Positions 12,001-24,619 of a stretch of 64,000 bases of DNA are shown here, in pieces. Position 1 is the stretch's first letter, and every line of letters begins with the position of its first letter. Location: the NCBI RefSeq assembly GCF_964204865.1, contig NC_135254.1:15562001-15626000 (forward strand), in the 5' to 3' direction. This DNA is from Styela clava (Eukaryota). The notes beneath the pieces were generated by a model. It made no database searches. It saw nothing but the letters and a program-made list of their open reading frames with translations, and was not told where the DNA came from. A program made the translations under genes and the position numbers.

Positions 12001-15000
12001 TTTAACATAAATTTCCTGGTATGATATCAAATCTTACCATAATTTGGGCTATGATTTCACGTGATTCCGCCATATGGAAAGCGTTGTTATGCGCTACAGA
12101 ACATGATTTCACAAAGGCCACTCAAGCGTGCGACACCTGCGGCGATACAATGGGTTTTTCTACCCATTGTGGAGTCAAGGTTGAAGTCACTTGAGGATTT
12201 AAATCAGAAATATCAAAAGGATTGGGAAGAGTTGTAAGACAACGATGTATGCCTAATATGCCGTAAATTTCTCCACCCATTGTGGAGTCAAGGTTGAAGT
12301 CACTTGAGGATTTAAATCAGAAATATCAAAAGGATTGGGAAGAGTTGTAAGACAACGATGTATGCCTAATATGCCGTAAATTTGTTTCGAGCTTGAAGTC
12401 TTATATTTTAAAAATTATGAAGTCGAAGCCTAGAAGTACGCTGACGAACGATAATTTGACAAGCCAGTTAGTTACATTTGGCAGTATCAAAACTACACGT
12501 TGATATTAAACAGTTGTGCAATGACAATCAAAAGCAAGTTTCGAACTAGTTGAAGAGGAAAATTGCTGACTTCATATTTATTTATTTTTTTGATTATTTA
12601 CGCCAATGTATGTACATTTTGAATAAAAAATGAGTTGAATTTCATGGTCCATGGTCTTTGTGTGCATCTTGTGTTCAGGAATCCGCAAAATTTTTGTGCA
12701 ATCCAGGCGCGTTTGATTTAGCGACGATCAAATTCTAACGTAAATCGGAATTGGGTTGCTATTTGAGTTTGGTAAAAACGTTTGCGGCCCGCAATGAATT
12801 CCCCCACGTGGAAGTGGCCCGCGACACTAAAAAGTTTGGACATGCCTGCTCTAAAAGATAAACTTTTCAGAAAAAACAGAGATAATTTGTTTTACATGAG
12901 AATAACCTAGATGGTTCAGGCTTGGCAATTTGTTTTTTGCAAAAACCAGCGAAAATAATGAAAATTTTCACCATACCACGATACTGATATTATTTGGCGA
13001 ATTCCTATTAATTAATGGAGTTGACCAAGAACTTTTTTTACAACAATGTATTCAAATATACAGAATCATGATTGCCATGCATCATGAACATTAGTTATCG
13101 TTGCCATCTTACCTTAAGTTACCACAAGATAATGCTGAGTGAGTTGTAACATCTAATGTTGCAAATAAATGATTCTTTGGTTCAAGTCTCTCAGATTTAG
13201 TAAGTGCTTTTATTAAAGTTGTTTTACCTAAACAAAAAAAATGTGTTGATATTTAAAAGAAACAACTAAATTGCCAAAAATTGCAAGGATGTATGTTGAC
13301 TATCTCCTGAAATATTATATTTGAATATGTTAAATCGAATAAATACTGAATTGGGATTAGATTTATATTTGTGAAGATTGATTAAATGAGCCCATGGGTG
13401 TACAACATTTTTTGTCAGTGGGCCATATAACCAACTTCAGACATCTAGCTGGGCCAGTGACGGGGCCACACATAAAATTTTGTTAATCAATGCAGGGAAG
13501 GCAAGAAAAGAAAATGCGGCTATTGCTTAACCTCGCAGTAACAAAGGCGAAACGACGAAAGATTTAACACAGCGACAAGGGCAAAAAATAATATGTATTT
13601 ATAAGCATGTGATTGATGTGAGTGACTTTTTAAACAGAGTGAGTGTTGACAAGGGCCACACTAAATGGCTTGGCGAGCCGGTTAGTGGCCCACTTGTTGC
13701 ACAGATCTGTGTTATAGCCAGAAAAAATTTATAAATTTTACGTTGATTTTTTCATGGTTATGATAAAACGAAAAACTTCTAAAGTATTCCTAAAATAAAC
13801 AATTGACTACTGGTAAAGAGAATATTAGAATTTCAAATGTATTCATATTTTCTACTTCTTAAGAGCAACACTAGCGACTAACCAGCATTTGTGTATCCAA
13901 CAACAGCAACTACTGGTATATTATTCTTCCTCTTTGCTTGTCTCTGATATGTTCGATGTTTGCTTAATTCTGTCAAACGGGATCTAATTTTTTGTTCTCG
14001 AATTTTAAATTGTCGTTTCAGTAATTCCATTGGCGTTTCTCCAGGGCCACCGACAGCACCGTGCCTTATTGAATATATATGTATTGATAATATATCAGAA
14101 TTAGATTATCGTACATGTTATCATCTCCGCGGATAACAAAGGGTGGTGGCAAGGATACCCAGAAACAGGTAATTTACTATAGGCCTACTATAGATCAGGG
14201 TTCAGCAAACTGTGGCCCGCAAGCAAATTTTAAATACATGAAAACATTTTGTAGAGTAGAAGTAACTGGAACATGTGTCAGTTGCAAGTTTACTTGCGAT
14301 CATACTCACTATCATTCGTAATTAACACAGGAATAGGTATCTCAGGTGCGTCATTATACAAAATTTGATTCCGGCAATTCTCTATAAGCGGAAATTATTG
14401 CCAACTATGTACATATTTAGTCCAGTAATGCATAGGGACCACTGCTAAAATATATAAACTTATTTTGATTAGTTTTCTATTTTGTCAGAAACCTATTTTA
14501 TGTCTCATTTTCGACATCCATGGATGGGCTTATTATAAAACAAATACCGTAAGTGCATGAATTTCTCATGTAAGCAAGGTCACATGCATTTTCGTATAGC
14601 AGATACAATGCTGTACTACATAGTAGGATTAGGATTAACATATTTATCCCGGGGGAGAGGAAAGCCGATAAGACGGCTTATCCATATGGCGAACCACGGC
14701 CTCTTGTCTGGTTACCATTCCAAGTCGGGTATGGGATTAGTTATATTGTTTGTTTTTGGAAGCATGGACTTGGTGGTGGAGGAAGCCGTAACCGACCAGC
14801 GGTTACGTGAACCACCCAACGGCGGCGAGGAGTCCAGCAATCCTCTCGCACATAACCATCCCTGCATGGGATTCGAACCTGCGAACCCACGTAGAGTAAT
14901 TAGAGGTGCGGTGGCGAGCGTATCCCTAACGCTTAGCCCGTTGAGCCGAACCGCCGCGCCAAGAGTAGAGTTACAAGCGACGAGGAACATACTAAAAGCT

Positions 15001-17568
15001 ATATAACTGGCACTGATGTCATAGTGACCCAATGAGCAATGACATTCAAAAATTAAAATCTGTCATATTTTGCTATTCATCATATAAAAATATAGATTTG
15101 ACATATTATAGATCAATGAAAAATAATGCTATCATACCCTCTTCCTTGTCTGTTGTAAGATGCTAGCTCAGATTTCGAATGCGTTCTCAGATATGGAATT
15201 TCGGCCAATGCAACTTGTAGTTTTGCTTGTTTGGTTTGTGCTCTCAATCGGAAGATTTCCAAAACAAGTGAATATCTGTTGATGGAATTTTGAAAACTAA
15301 AATTTAAATATCTGTAATGATACCGTTGATACGAGCATAGAGTTTGATATAAGACAAGATTAAGACAATAAGTTGTTTAATCTACTTCTTCTCAAAGTTC
15401 CCGAACCTCTTGCTGATAGGCCATCCTACCTTAGGCATTGGGTAATGAAAGAGAGAGGAGTAAACAAGGTTGGAAGGTTCACAAATGTTCTTGAAAGTTT
15501 GCACCTTTATTTTTTTTTTCAATAAAAATATATTATATAGAGTACCCTTCAAAAGCAGTGTTTATTCAGAGACTACATTATCATATAACTATCTCATGTT
15601 TCAACATATCTACAATTGATGTCCGGAGTAACAAATTCACAGATTTCACACACCAAGATCACATCTAAAGCACCTATATATTTAGGTAAAGGTTGTGATG
15701 ATAAAACTCCTTTTTCAATATATACTCCTTTTCATCTTACCTGTCGAAAATACTTTCGATTCGTGTCATATCAGAAATATATTTTCTTTGGAGTCCGTTT
15801 AATCCATTCAGACTTAAAAATATAGCCGTGATATCTTGATGTTGAACTATCTGTTCTTTCAGACGTTCAAGTCTTTCACCTCTAAAAATTCTTTGTTCAT
15901 GTGGTGTTCTAAGAATGTACAAAATGTATTTGTAAATTATGTTTGCAAGACATAGAATATAGCTTTTGAATTAAATAAATTCAAATTGCAAAATCGGAAA
16001 AAATGAGTTTCCAATTTCTTCACCAGTAAATGTTTTATTTAGCAAAAATAGGAAAGTTAAAAAACAAAGTTTCTTTCAAAGTCTTAACTCTATATCATCG
16101 CTACAAAAAGGAGGCGCAGTTTTTACCACTTCATGGCAGCTCCTGCCACGAACGAACCGCGAAAGCTCTTGCCATGGTTTTATAGTGCTATTCAGTATTC
16201 AGTATGTACCAGATTTCAATTGATCATGTGGAATTATATCTACCTAAACCCAAATCCATCAAAACTGTATCCATAAGAAAAACGTTCCAACTTACCCAAT
16301 ATTTGTCACCATAAGGGGCAGCCCTGTTTTTACGGTCCACCTGCCGTGGTTACGGCAACAAAATTTTACCTGCCATTGGTTTTCAATTTGCCGCCATCGT
16401 AACGGCAGCTCGTCATTGGTTTGTGGCAGCTAAAAAGTCAGTCGCCATAGGTTTGGCTGTAGCGGCCATGGTATGGAAATACCGCCATGGTTTTGGGGCA
16501 TCTGCAGACGCCACAGAATACTTAAAACTGCACTTAAAAAAAGATTGAAAATTGCAATGACTATTGCAAATATCCCAAGTGTCAAGCTGTTCTACAAAAT
16601 ACCTTGTTTTCAAGATCATTTTCCCACTGACTTTCCATCCTGGTAAACATTCAACTAAAGCTACCGATTCCTCAAGTTGTAATTCAGTGGTTGTGTTGAT
16701 CAAATTATGAGGACGAACTTCACCTGAATACACAAATAGCTAGAATAGACAAAGCAATACTTATCCCTGCATTCTCAGAATACCAGGTTATACACATGAT
16801 GAACAATGTGAAGTGATGAACTAGAATGGAGGATAGTGATACAATCTTGACTTAGTGCAGTAATGTGAGCATATAATGATTATCCAAACCACTTTTTTTA
16901 AATAATACCCTATACCCCCCCCCCCCCCTTTCTGCAATACATGAAATAACTGAGTTATATTAAAAATATGCTAGAGAGTAATGAGAGGATCGTTTTCAAG
17001 TTCTCCCTAACCCTTCAACAAATTACTTAGTTTTATTACAGTGTGTTCATATATTAGTGGAGAGGATAATTTAAAAAAGGTCTCTGGTATCCTCCTAACA
17101 TGAAACGACCAGTTCATTTTAATAATATCTATAGCCCGTCCCTCTATGCATATGGCAGTATGGAGAGGTATGATGAGAAGAATGCTTAACAGTAACATCA
17201 ACAAATATTCAAAACACGAAACCTTACTTAAATAGACCTGTAGACCCAGAGTTTTTCAAATACTTTATCTATTTATTTTTGTCCAATGCTTCAAAAAAAA
17301 AAAAAACTTTGAAAATAAACTTGCCTATCAAGTCAGGCTGTATAACAAATACATTGTGATCTCCTAATTTCAGTACTTCACTGTCAATAATGTCATTTAT
17401 TGGTTCATTGTCCTCATATTCATCATCTATGGATCGATAAAAGTTTGCAGAACAATGTACACGTCTCAAAGGAATTGCGGCTTGATAAGTTACAAAAGTT
17501 TGATACTTATTTCTCAGTAAATTATTACCTACACATAAAATCTTTCTACTAAATAATTTATTTATCAT
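9069..17568 (-). CDS. GTPBP6: HflX-family GTPase GTPBP6, 9 exons, ~533 aa
   Basis: Exons 17568-17325, 16723-16603, 15908-15741, 15275-15138, 14064-13883, 13227-13113, 11183-11090, 10463-10297, 9441-9069 join in frame (1602 nt). Motifs DRYSLVLEIFRLRAQTKQAKLQVALAEIPY, GGPGET, VGYTNAGKTTL, LFATLDVT, DTVGF, NKID; basic, transit-peptide-like N-terminus. Confidence 0.93.
9973..10167. mobile_element. Tc1/mariner-type MITE in GTPBP6 intron 8
   Basis: ta-cagggtga...tcaccctg-ta, i.e. short TIR with TA TSD. Confidence 0.75.
11230..11420 (-). mobile_element. Possible decayed RTE-like LINE ORF2 C-terminal fragment
   Basis: CEIASIDELLLCS followed by frameshifted LQW, then SQIICE; loosely resembles the RTE SIExLLxxxQLRWxGH...PKQILYGEL region (similarity judged from memory). 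Confidence 0.3.
11907..12848. mobile_element. hAT (Charlie-like) non-autonomous element in GTPBP6 intron 6, with internal ~112-bp tandem duplication
   Basis: TIR cagggatgtctaac / tttggacatgcctg; TSD ctctaaaa at 11899-11906 and 12849-12856; duplicated block at ~12163-12271 and ~12275-12383. Confidence 0.88.
13392..13709. mobile_element. Degenerate hAT-type MITE
   Basis: Ends ccatgggtgtacaac / gttgcacagatctg; subterminal gggcca/tggccc motifs. Confidence 0.55.
14624..14960 (-). mobile_element. Full-length tRNA-derived SINE in GTPBP6 intron 4
   Basis: Minus strand has A-box-like ggctcaacggg, B-box ggttcgaatccc and an (aatcct)n tail; further copies near 18.2-18.7 kb, 20.9 kb and 23.0 kb. Confidence 0.88.
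16112..16535. mobile_element. Non-autonomous DNA element with short TIR and internal ccatgg/ggcagc repeats
   Basis: Ends aggcgcagtttt / aaaactgcactt; both ends and internal blocks match the reverse complement of 24660-24860. Confidence 0.7.
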
Positions 17569-18235
17569 CTTTTGGAAAAAAAATTGCTACGAATAATTCA
17601 TCATTAGGGCCATCGCATTTCCCGATATACCCTACCGTACCGGTACAGATATATGAAACGTCAAACGATACCGGTAATGTTGTCAAATCGGATCCTTCAT
17701 ACTACCTTATTACAGAAATTTTCCTGCGACGACGAATACGGCGGGGATTCCCCTACTTTCATTGGCACCCAACTCCCCTTTAAAACACACGTGTAGTCGT
17801 GTTTAACATTGAAATTTCTTGGGAATCCCCCAATTCTGTTATAGAAGCTTGAAAAATATTATCGTACTAGTTCAAAATTTGCCACTAGTCATCTTCCAGT
17901 GTAAATGAACTGAACTCAATAGCCGTATCGTTCCTCCTCTTCCTACCAAAACAATGTTAATGCTGTTGCTGTTTCTATTTTATTGATGACTGTATTTTTC
18001 GTTGACGAAATAATAAATCTCATATTTGAGCCAATCATTTTGTATACCGGTATAAGTTATACTTTCTTTAGAACATTGTCCACTTAGGCCCAAGTGCGTA
18101 GATCCGTTTCTCAAGGATGCATAATGTGATATAAGACGATATAAATGGAGGCGTCTCTCTCATGTGCTAAACTTTGGGAATACGATAGCCATGACGCCTC
18201 TGGTCGCAGATTCGAATCATAGGACAGTACTACAT

Positions 18236-18402
18236 AATTATCCCGAGGGAGAGGAAAGTCGATACTGCGACAAGGCGGCCTAATCATATGGCGAACCACG
18301 GCCGTTCGTCAGGTTGCCGATAAATGTCTGTTATGGGATTAGTGTTAGAGGTGCGGTGGCTAGCGTATTCCTAACGCTTAGCACAATGCGCCATACCGCC
18401 TA
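18236..18402 (-). mobile_element. Internally deleted copy of the same SINE
   Basis: Matches the 3' part and the 5' head of 14624-14960. Confidence 0.75.
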
Positions 18403-18432
18403 GTTGTGGGGTGGTACCGGTAACTGGTTACC

Positions 18433-18740
18433 TGCGCGCTGGTGTGGCTCATCGCGATTCGCCACCGCACCTCTAATTACTCTGCGTGGGTTCGCAGGTT
18501 CGGATCCCATGCGGGAAGGTTATGTGCGAGAGGATTGCTGGACTCCTCGCCGCCGTAGGGTGGTTCACATAACCGCTGGTGGGTTAGGGCATCCTCCACC
18601 ATCAAGTCCATGCTTCCGAAAAACAAGTAACTAATCCCATACCCGACATGGAATGGTAACCGGACGAAAGGCCGTGGTTTGCCATATGGATAAGCCGTCT
18701 TTCCTCTCCCCCGGGATAAAAAAGTAAAATCCTATCCTAC
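18433..18740 (+). mobile_element. SINE copy, head-to-head with the previous copy
   Basis: B-box-like ggttcggatccc, shared core, atcctatcct tail. Confidence 0.85.
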
Positions 18741-19742
18741 CTCGACCGCCAAGTATCTAATTCTAAAACATGCGCCATAGCTGGCTAATTGTTCCCAAAC
18801 AATACATAAGCCGAGTCTTATCGGCCTCCCTAGACCCAGAACTAAAAATGATATCTTTTGTTACTTCGTTTCGGCCTTCGTTTCAATATATTTAAGCATT
18901 TCTCTTTTGTTAAATAAATCATCAAACTAAGCCAGAAACTCACATGTATATGATTGAAGTCTTTAATTGACAAAAAAAAGCAAGTCACTCATTTCGATTG
19001 TCAAATAGAATTGCTGATTCACCATCATAACAATAAGACACACAATACTATACAAGTAATGTCAGCTTTTACTTAAATTGATATAGCCTTATTGATAACG
19101 ATAACAACAAGCTTTAAGCACAGAAAATTTTGAAGCGACTGTCTCAGATGGGCAATTCGATTGGCATATGTGTTCAATTTTGAAAAGAGAAAACCATGGC
19201 CCAAATTTATAAATTTTATCAACACAAGTGATGTATGACTAGCACCAATTAAAATCCAATTCTCATAACATTTCCACTCAGTTATTGAAAAATCAATTAT
19301 CTTCAGAATTTTTCAGCTCACTGTAAATCTAAGTAGAAGAGGATTCGGTATTCTGAATATGATTGAAGCACATTACTGACACTAATATAGTGAATTTTTC
19401 TGAATTGCCCATCCCTAGTGTTAATACTACTCCTGCAGTTCAAATTAAGCTATTTACAAGTTCAACCAGCATTATCGTTCAGGTCGGCACTATAAAAATG
19501 CATGCATACACATGAACAAATACAGTTCTGTTAGCCCACTTTAGGTCTGTTTAGTATTCGATGATCTATTCAAAATTGTTTGTGCAATTGCATCGATTTT
19601 AGGTAGAAGAAAAATACAATTCACTAATATGGCATTTTCAGATTTATTGCAGGAGAGGAAGTATGATAAGCTAGCTTAATTACATGGTGATTCACAGCTT
19701 CTCTCTATCTCTCGGAAGAACTCTGGCGGCTGAATGCAGGTT

Positions 19743-20732
19743 TTATGATACAACAGTGTGGATTTTCATATGATATTCCACATCTGCTGGTTGTTTAAAT
19801 GTTTTTGCACAAACTATACATTTAAATTTTTTTTCAGTCATGTGAGTCACCATGTGTCTGTTAAGTCCACTTGCATGACTGAATTTCTTACCACATTTCT
19901 TGCATTCAAAATTTCTTATGCCAGTGTGAACGGTTGAATGAATTTGCACATCATAAGATCTCTTAAATGTTTTATCGCACAATGGACATTTATAATTTCT
20001 TTCCGAATTGTGAATGACCATATGACGTTTCAGGCTTCCAGTGAAGAATTTTTCGCAAATTTCACACTGAAATCTCTTGTCACGCATATGGGTTCTCAAA
20101 TGCAACTTAAGACTGCTCTCCCAACGAAAGGTCTTAGAACATATTTCACATTTATAGTTTTTCTGGTCTGCATGGTGTTTCGCATGTCTATTGCGATTGC
20201 TGCAATAGCTGAATCTCTTCCCACATGTTTCACAAGCATATGGCTTTTCTTTTGTATGGGTTCTCAAATGTTGCGTCAAGCTTCCAGAGTGAGTGAATTT
20301 CTTATCGCATACTTCACATACATGCATTTTAACACCAATATGTATCATCATGTGTTCTTCTAGATGGGTTTTAGAGGTGAATTTTTTCCCGCATATATCA
20401 CATGGATAATAAGTTCTGTTTTCAGAATGAATACGTCGAAGATGGGTTTTTACGCCACTTGCTCTGGAAAACTGCTTTTTACATATTTTACATTGATGGA
20501 GCTTTTCGTCTGAATGAGAAATCAAATGATTCTCCATGTAACACTTGAATATGAAGCATTTTTCACATAATGGGCATTTGTACTGCTTCTTCTCCCAATG
20601 TTTTTTCCAGTGCTGTTTTTTGCTGCTCTTGCTACTGTATTTTTTTCCACATATCTCACATTCAAATTCTTTCCTTTCTGCAGCTATGACATCACCAGGA
20701 GTGGATTTTTTGGGATGTTTCTCCTTGTTCAT
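19743..20732 (-). CDS. C2H2 zinc-finger protein, 329 aa, 11 fingers, single coding exon (paralog 1)
   Basis: Repeated CxxC-x12-HxxxH with TGEKP-like linkers (HTKEKPY, HTGIRNF); finger 8 has a 2-aa shorter spacer; no KRAB/BTB/ZAD in the ORF. Confidence 0.92.
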   Translation of the reverse strand: MNKEKHPKKSTPGDVIAAERKEFECEICGKKYSSKSSKKQHWKKHWEKKQYKCPLCEKCFIFKCYMENHLISHSDEKLHQCKICKKQFSRASGVKTHLRRIHSENRTYYPCDICGKKFTSKTHLEEHMMIHIGVKMHVCEVCDKKFTHSGSLTQHLRTHTKEKPYACETCGKRFSYCSNRNRHAKHHADQKNYKCEICSKTFRWESSLKLHLRTHMRDKRFQCEICEKFFTGSLKRHMVIHNSERNYKCPLCDKTFKRSYDVQIHSTVHTGIRNFECKKCGKKFSHASGLNRHMVTHMTEKKFKCIVCAKTFKQPADVEYHMKIHTVVS

Positions 20733-20931
20733 GGTTCAAGATGGTTGTTATGACTGAATGAATTCGCCTTCTTAGTATTGACAGGAAGTTTTGCTAATAC
20801 ATTAAGTACGATACTGGTACAAATTTATTTTTCAAATATATTTTGTTCGGTCTAATGACGGATTGATGCATTGAAATTATAAATAAAATATTTGTTAAAT
20901 AAACAAAAGGAAACCAGAATAAAGTTAAATA

Positions 20932-21090
20932 GAATAGGATTTACATATTTAACCCGGAGAAAGCCTAATCATGTGACGAACCATGGCCTCTCATCAGGTT
21001 ACCAGTTTATTTAGGATATGGGACTAGCCAGTTATTTATTTTCAGGAGCATGAACTGGAATGATGGAGAAAGTCATAAGGAAGGGTTACG
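20932..21090 (-). mobile_element. SINE 3' fragment upstream of ZNF paralog 1 (a shorter fragment sits at the equivalent position, ~22995-23045, for paralog 2)
   Basis: aggatttacatatttaacccgg... matches the SINE 3' end. Confidence 0.7.
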
Positions 21091-21792
21091 ATATCTGGAA
21101 ATACAAAATCCCTGACAAAACTTTAATGAGCCATGTTGACCAATTATGCAACCAAAACACTTATACTGTACAATATTATGGTATAAATTCACAATGTATT
21201 CAAAGGCACAAGCTATTGTCGCTTTCTTGTGAGAATAGAATATATACAGAACAAAACGAAAGGCCAAAAATTGTTGCCTAATCATTAGCCCGAGTGACTA
21301 AACCCTAGCACAAAATAAAGTAAGTTACTGGTAGTGCAGCCAAGATGCAGATCACAAAATGATGGCAATTCAGGTCATCTATTATCTGAATGCGAAGCAA
21401 TCAGTGTTGCACAAAAATGTTTGCATGTGACATATCTCTGATAAAATAGCAATATCTGAATACTCGAAGATTTGTAGGATTGTAGCAGGAATTACATGAA
21501 CAAATACAGTCCTGTTAGCCCACTTCAGGTCTGTTTAGTTTTCGATGATCTATTCAAAATTGAAATGGCATTCACCATCACAACTAAGTATACAATTGTT
21601 GCCTTGTTTATGCAACTGCATCGATTTTAGGTAATAGACAAAAGAAAAATACAATTTGCTAATATGGCATTTTCAGATTTATTGCGGGAGAGGAAGTCTG
21701 ATAAACTAGCTTGATTATATGGTGAACCATAGCTTCTCGCTTACTCTCGGAAGTACTCTAGAGACCGAATGCATCAAATTACATCTTAGGTT

Positions 21793-22782
21793 TTATGATA
21801 CGACAGCATGGATTCTCATATGATTGTCCACATCTGCTGGTTGCTTAAATGTTTTTGCACAAATTTCACATCTGAATTTTTTTTCAGTCATATGAGTCAC
21901 CATGTGTCTTTTAAGTCCACTTGCATGACTGAATTTCTTACCACATTTCTTGCATTCAAAATTTCTTATGCCAGTGTGAACGGTTGAATGAACTTGCACA
22001 TCATAAGATCTCTTAAATCTTTTATCGCACAATGGACATTTATAATTTCTTTCCGAATTGTGAATGACCATATGACGTTTCAGGCTTCCAGTGAAGTATT
22101 TTTCGCAAATTTCACACTGAAATCTCTTGTCACGCATATGGGTTCTCAAATGCAACTCAAGACTGCTCTCCCAACGAAAGGTCTTAGAACATATTTCACA
22201 TTTATAGTTTTTCTGGTCTGCATGGTGTTTCGCATGTCTATTGCGATTGCTGCAATAGCTGAATCTCTTCCCACATGTTTCACAAGCATATGGCTTTTCT
22301 TTTGTATGGGTTCTCAAATGTTGCGTCAAGCTTCCAGTGTGAGTGAATTTCTTATCGCATACTTCACATACATGCATTTTAACACCAATATGTATCATCA
22401 TGTGTTCTTCTAGATAGGATTTAGAGGTGAATTTTTTCCCGCATATATCACATGGATAGTAAGTTTTGTTTTCAGAATGAATACGTCGAAGATGGGTACT
22501 TACGCCACTTGCTCTGGAAAACTGCTTTTTACATATTTTACATTGATGGAGCTTTTCGTCTGAATGAGAAATCAAATGATTCTCCATGTAACACTTGAAT
22601 ATGAAGCATTTTTCGCATAAAGGGCATTTGTACTGCTTCTTCTTCCAATGTTTTTTCCAGTGCTGTCTTTTGCTGCCCTCGCTACTGTATTGTTTTCCAC
22701 ATATCTCACATTCAAATTCTTTTATTTCTGCAGCTATAACATCACCAGAAGTGGATTTTTTGGTATGTTTCTCTTTGTTCAT
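21793..22782 (-). CDS. C2H2 zinc-finger protein, 329 aa, 11 fingers (tandem paralog 2)
   Basis: About 25 aa differences from paralog 1; flanks are also homologous (~19510-20960 vs ~21495-23020). Confidence 0.92.
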   Translation of the reverse strand: MNKEKHTKKSTSGDVIAAEIKEFECEICGKQYSSEGSKRQHWKKHWKKKQYKCPLCEKCFIFKCYMENHLISHSDEKLHQCKICKKQFSRASGVSTHLRRIHSENKTYYPCDICGKKFTSKSYLEEHMMIHIGVKMHVCEVCDKKFTHTGSLTQHLRTHTKEKPYACETCGKRFSYCSNRNRHAKHHADQKNYKCEICSKTFRWESSLELHLRTHMRDKRFQCEICEKYFTGSLKRHMVIHNSERNYKCPLCDKRFKRSYDVQVHSTVHTGIRNFECKKCGKKFSHASGLKRHMVTHMTEKKFRCEICAKTFKQPADVDNHMRIHAVVS

Positions 22783-23544
22783 GGTTCAAGATGGTTGTTA
22801 TTACTGAATAAATTCGCCTTATTATTATTAACATAAAGTTTTGCTAATACATTAATATACCTACGGTATACTGGTACAAATTTATTTTTCAAATATATTT
22901 TGTTCAGCCTAATAACTGAATGATGTAGCCTATTGAAATTAAAAATAAAATATTTGTCAAATAAACAAGAGGAAATCGGAATAAAGTAGGATAGAATAGG
23001 ATTTACATATTTATCCCGGGAAAGAAAAGTTGATAAGACAGCTGGATCAATCCTAACCCTCACCTGACTAGTGACTACACCCTGGGTCTGACACCACCCA
23101 AACCTACACCATATGTCACAATCACGTCATAAAGCTTGCCAAAGTAAACCGGTACCGGTACCGTAAAACTGGTTACCGTAACTTAGGATGACTTCACTAT
23201 ACCGGTACTTTAATCAGCCGTTTGTTGTCCGATTCGCGTCAAACTTAACATTACATTGATGTAATTCTCTGTACATGCATTTAATTTTCTCGTCGATCGG
23301 ATCATTTTTTATGTCTTAATTGTCTCATTTTTACTACGCCACTAAATATCTAACTTCGGATGGGGAATCACCTCCTTGCGTCACCGCAACTCGAGATAAA
23401 AGTGCGTGCGAGAAGACAAAACACGCTTTACGTCGTTGCGTAAATGCCAGATGTTCAATCCCCATCGCGAGCGGCGGTGATGATGACGTCCGTAGATTTT
23501 CCGGTGCAGCACTCTCAAGTTGTGCTCATCTAAAACGTCTTGTT

Positions 23545-23805
23545 TTTGGACACGTAGTGGACATAACGATCGTTTCAACATTTTGTTGTTATTGGACACG
23601 TTTAGTGGACATAACGATCGTTTCGTTGTTCTTTGACACGTTTTGAAGAAATCGCTTTTCTCTTTGATTACCGGACCAATTGCTTCGAAATTTTCAGTGG
23701 TTAAAGATAAAAATTTTCTCCAGAAGGTTATTACTTTTTTCCGCCATGACGTCATCCAAATTATGTAACTCTACGTATTCATATATTTGAGCATAGCTCT
23801 CTTGT
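23545..23805 (+). mobile_element. Helentron-like non-autonomous element (HINE), family A, with duplicated 5' end
   Basis: ttggacacg...tagtggacataacgatcg occurs twice; 3' ctacgtattca followed by gagcatagctc hairpin. Confidence 0.75.
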
Positions 23806-24619
23806 ATTTTCTATTATCGTAACTTTAGATCCGAATATTCACCGATCAAAGCTGATTTTGTTATAGCCGATAATGTTTTGATACCGTTTTTCAAACTCCA
23901 CTTCGTAAATAGTCGCACGATAAATGTTATTAAGCATTCATAAGGCTGTTTCTTTATGAAAATATTTGCGCATAATCACGACAAAACACTGATTTGGCAA
24001 TAGGCAACTTTGATTTAAATAACTTTTGTTAAATTTATAAAACCGAACTCATTTGCGACAACTTATCGCTGGTCATATATTTTATAATTACGCAGTATTT
24101 CACGACTGCTCACAATTTTTCTATTTCGAACCATGCTGCCGTTCCAAATGGAGGAATTTGAAATCGTCAAATTGAACGAAAATGCTTTTCGTTAATTGCC
24201 ATTTTCAATCAATTTAATTATATTACATTTCCAACATTTGACGCCATGAATTCAAGATCCACAGAAAACTGTTGATGTATATGTTAGCCGATATTGATCC
24301 AATTAAACAAAATATCGTTGTTATTTTTAAATCTACTGCCAACCCGTCATTCGACGCCCTCTGTCGAATGACGATATTTTAAGGAAGTTACAAGTCACGA
24401 TTTAAGCCACTCGAAAACGGAGTATCAATTTTATCGTAAAACATGATTTTTTTTTATCAAAAAAAAGATTAAATTGCCTGATTGAATATGATAACTGATT
24501 TAAATATATAAGGACTCACTTTAGAAACTGTCAGGAGCACAGTATGACGCAATTTAGTCGAGATATAAACGTTTGAAAATTTCATCCGAAGTTACAGGGC
24601 ATTCGAAGTTAGCCGATTT

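Noticed and set aside
14557-15032. 149-aa and 106-aa ORFs; possible tRNA gene
   Set aside because: Both lie over a dispersed SINE; the tRNA-like head has A/B boxes but continues into SINE core and tail
19938-22413. Duplicated 141-aa plus-strand ORFs (19938-20363, 21988-22413)
   Set aside because: Antisense to the ZNF genes; their conservation is explained by the recent duplication
23320-23755. Overlapping 108-aa and 124-aa ORFs
   Set aside because: Span a HINE repeat; no protein similarity recognised
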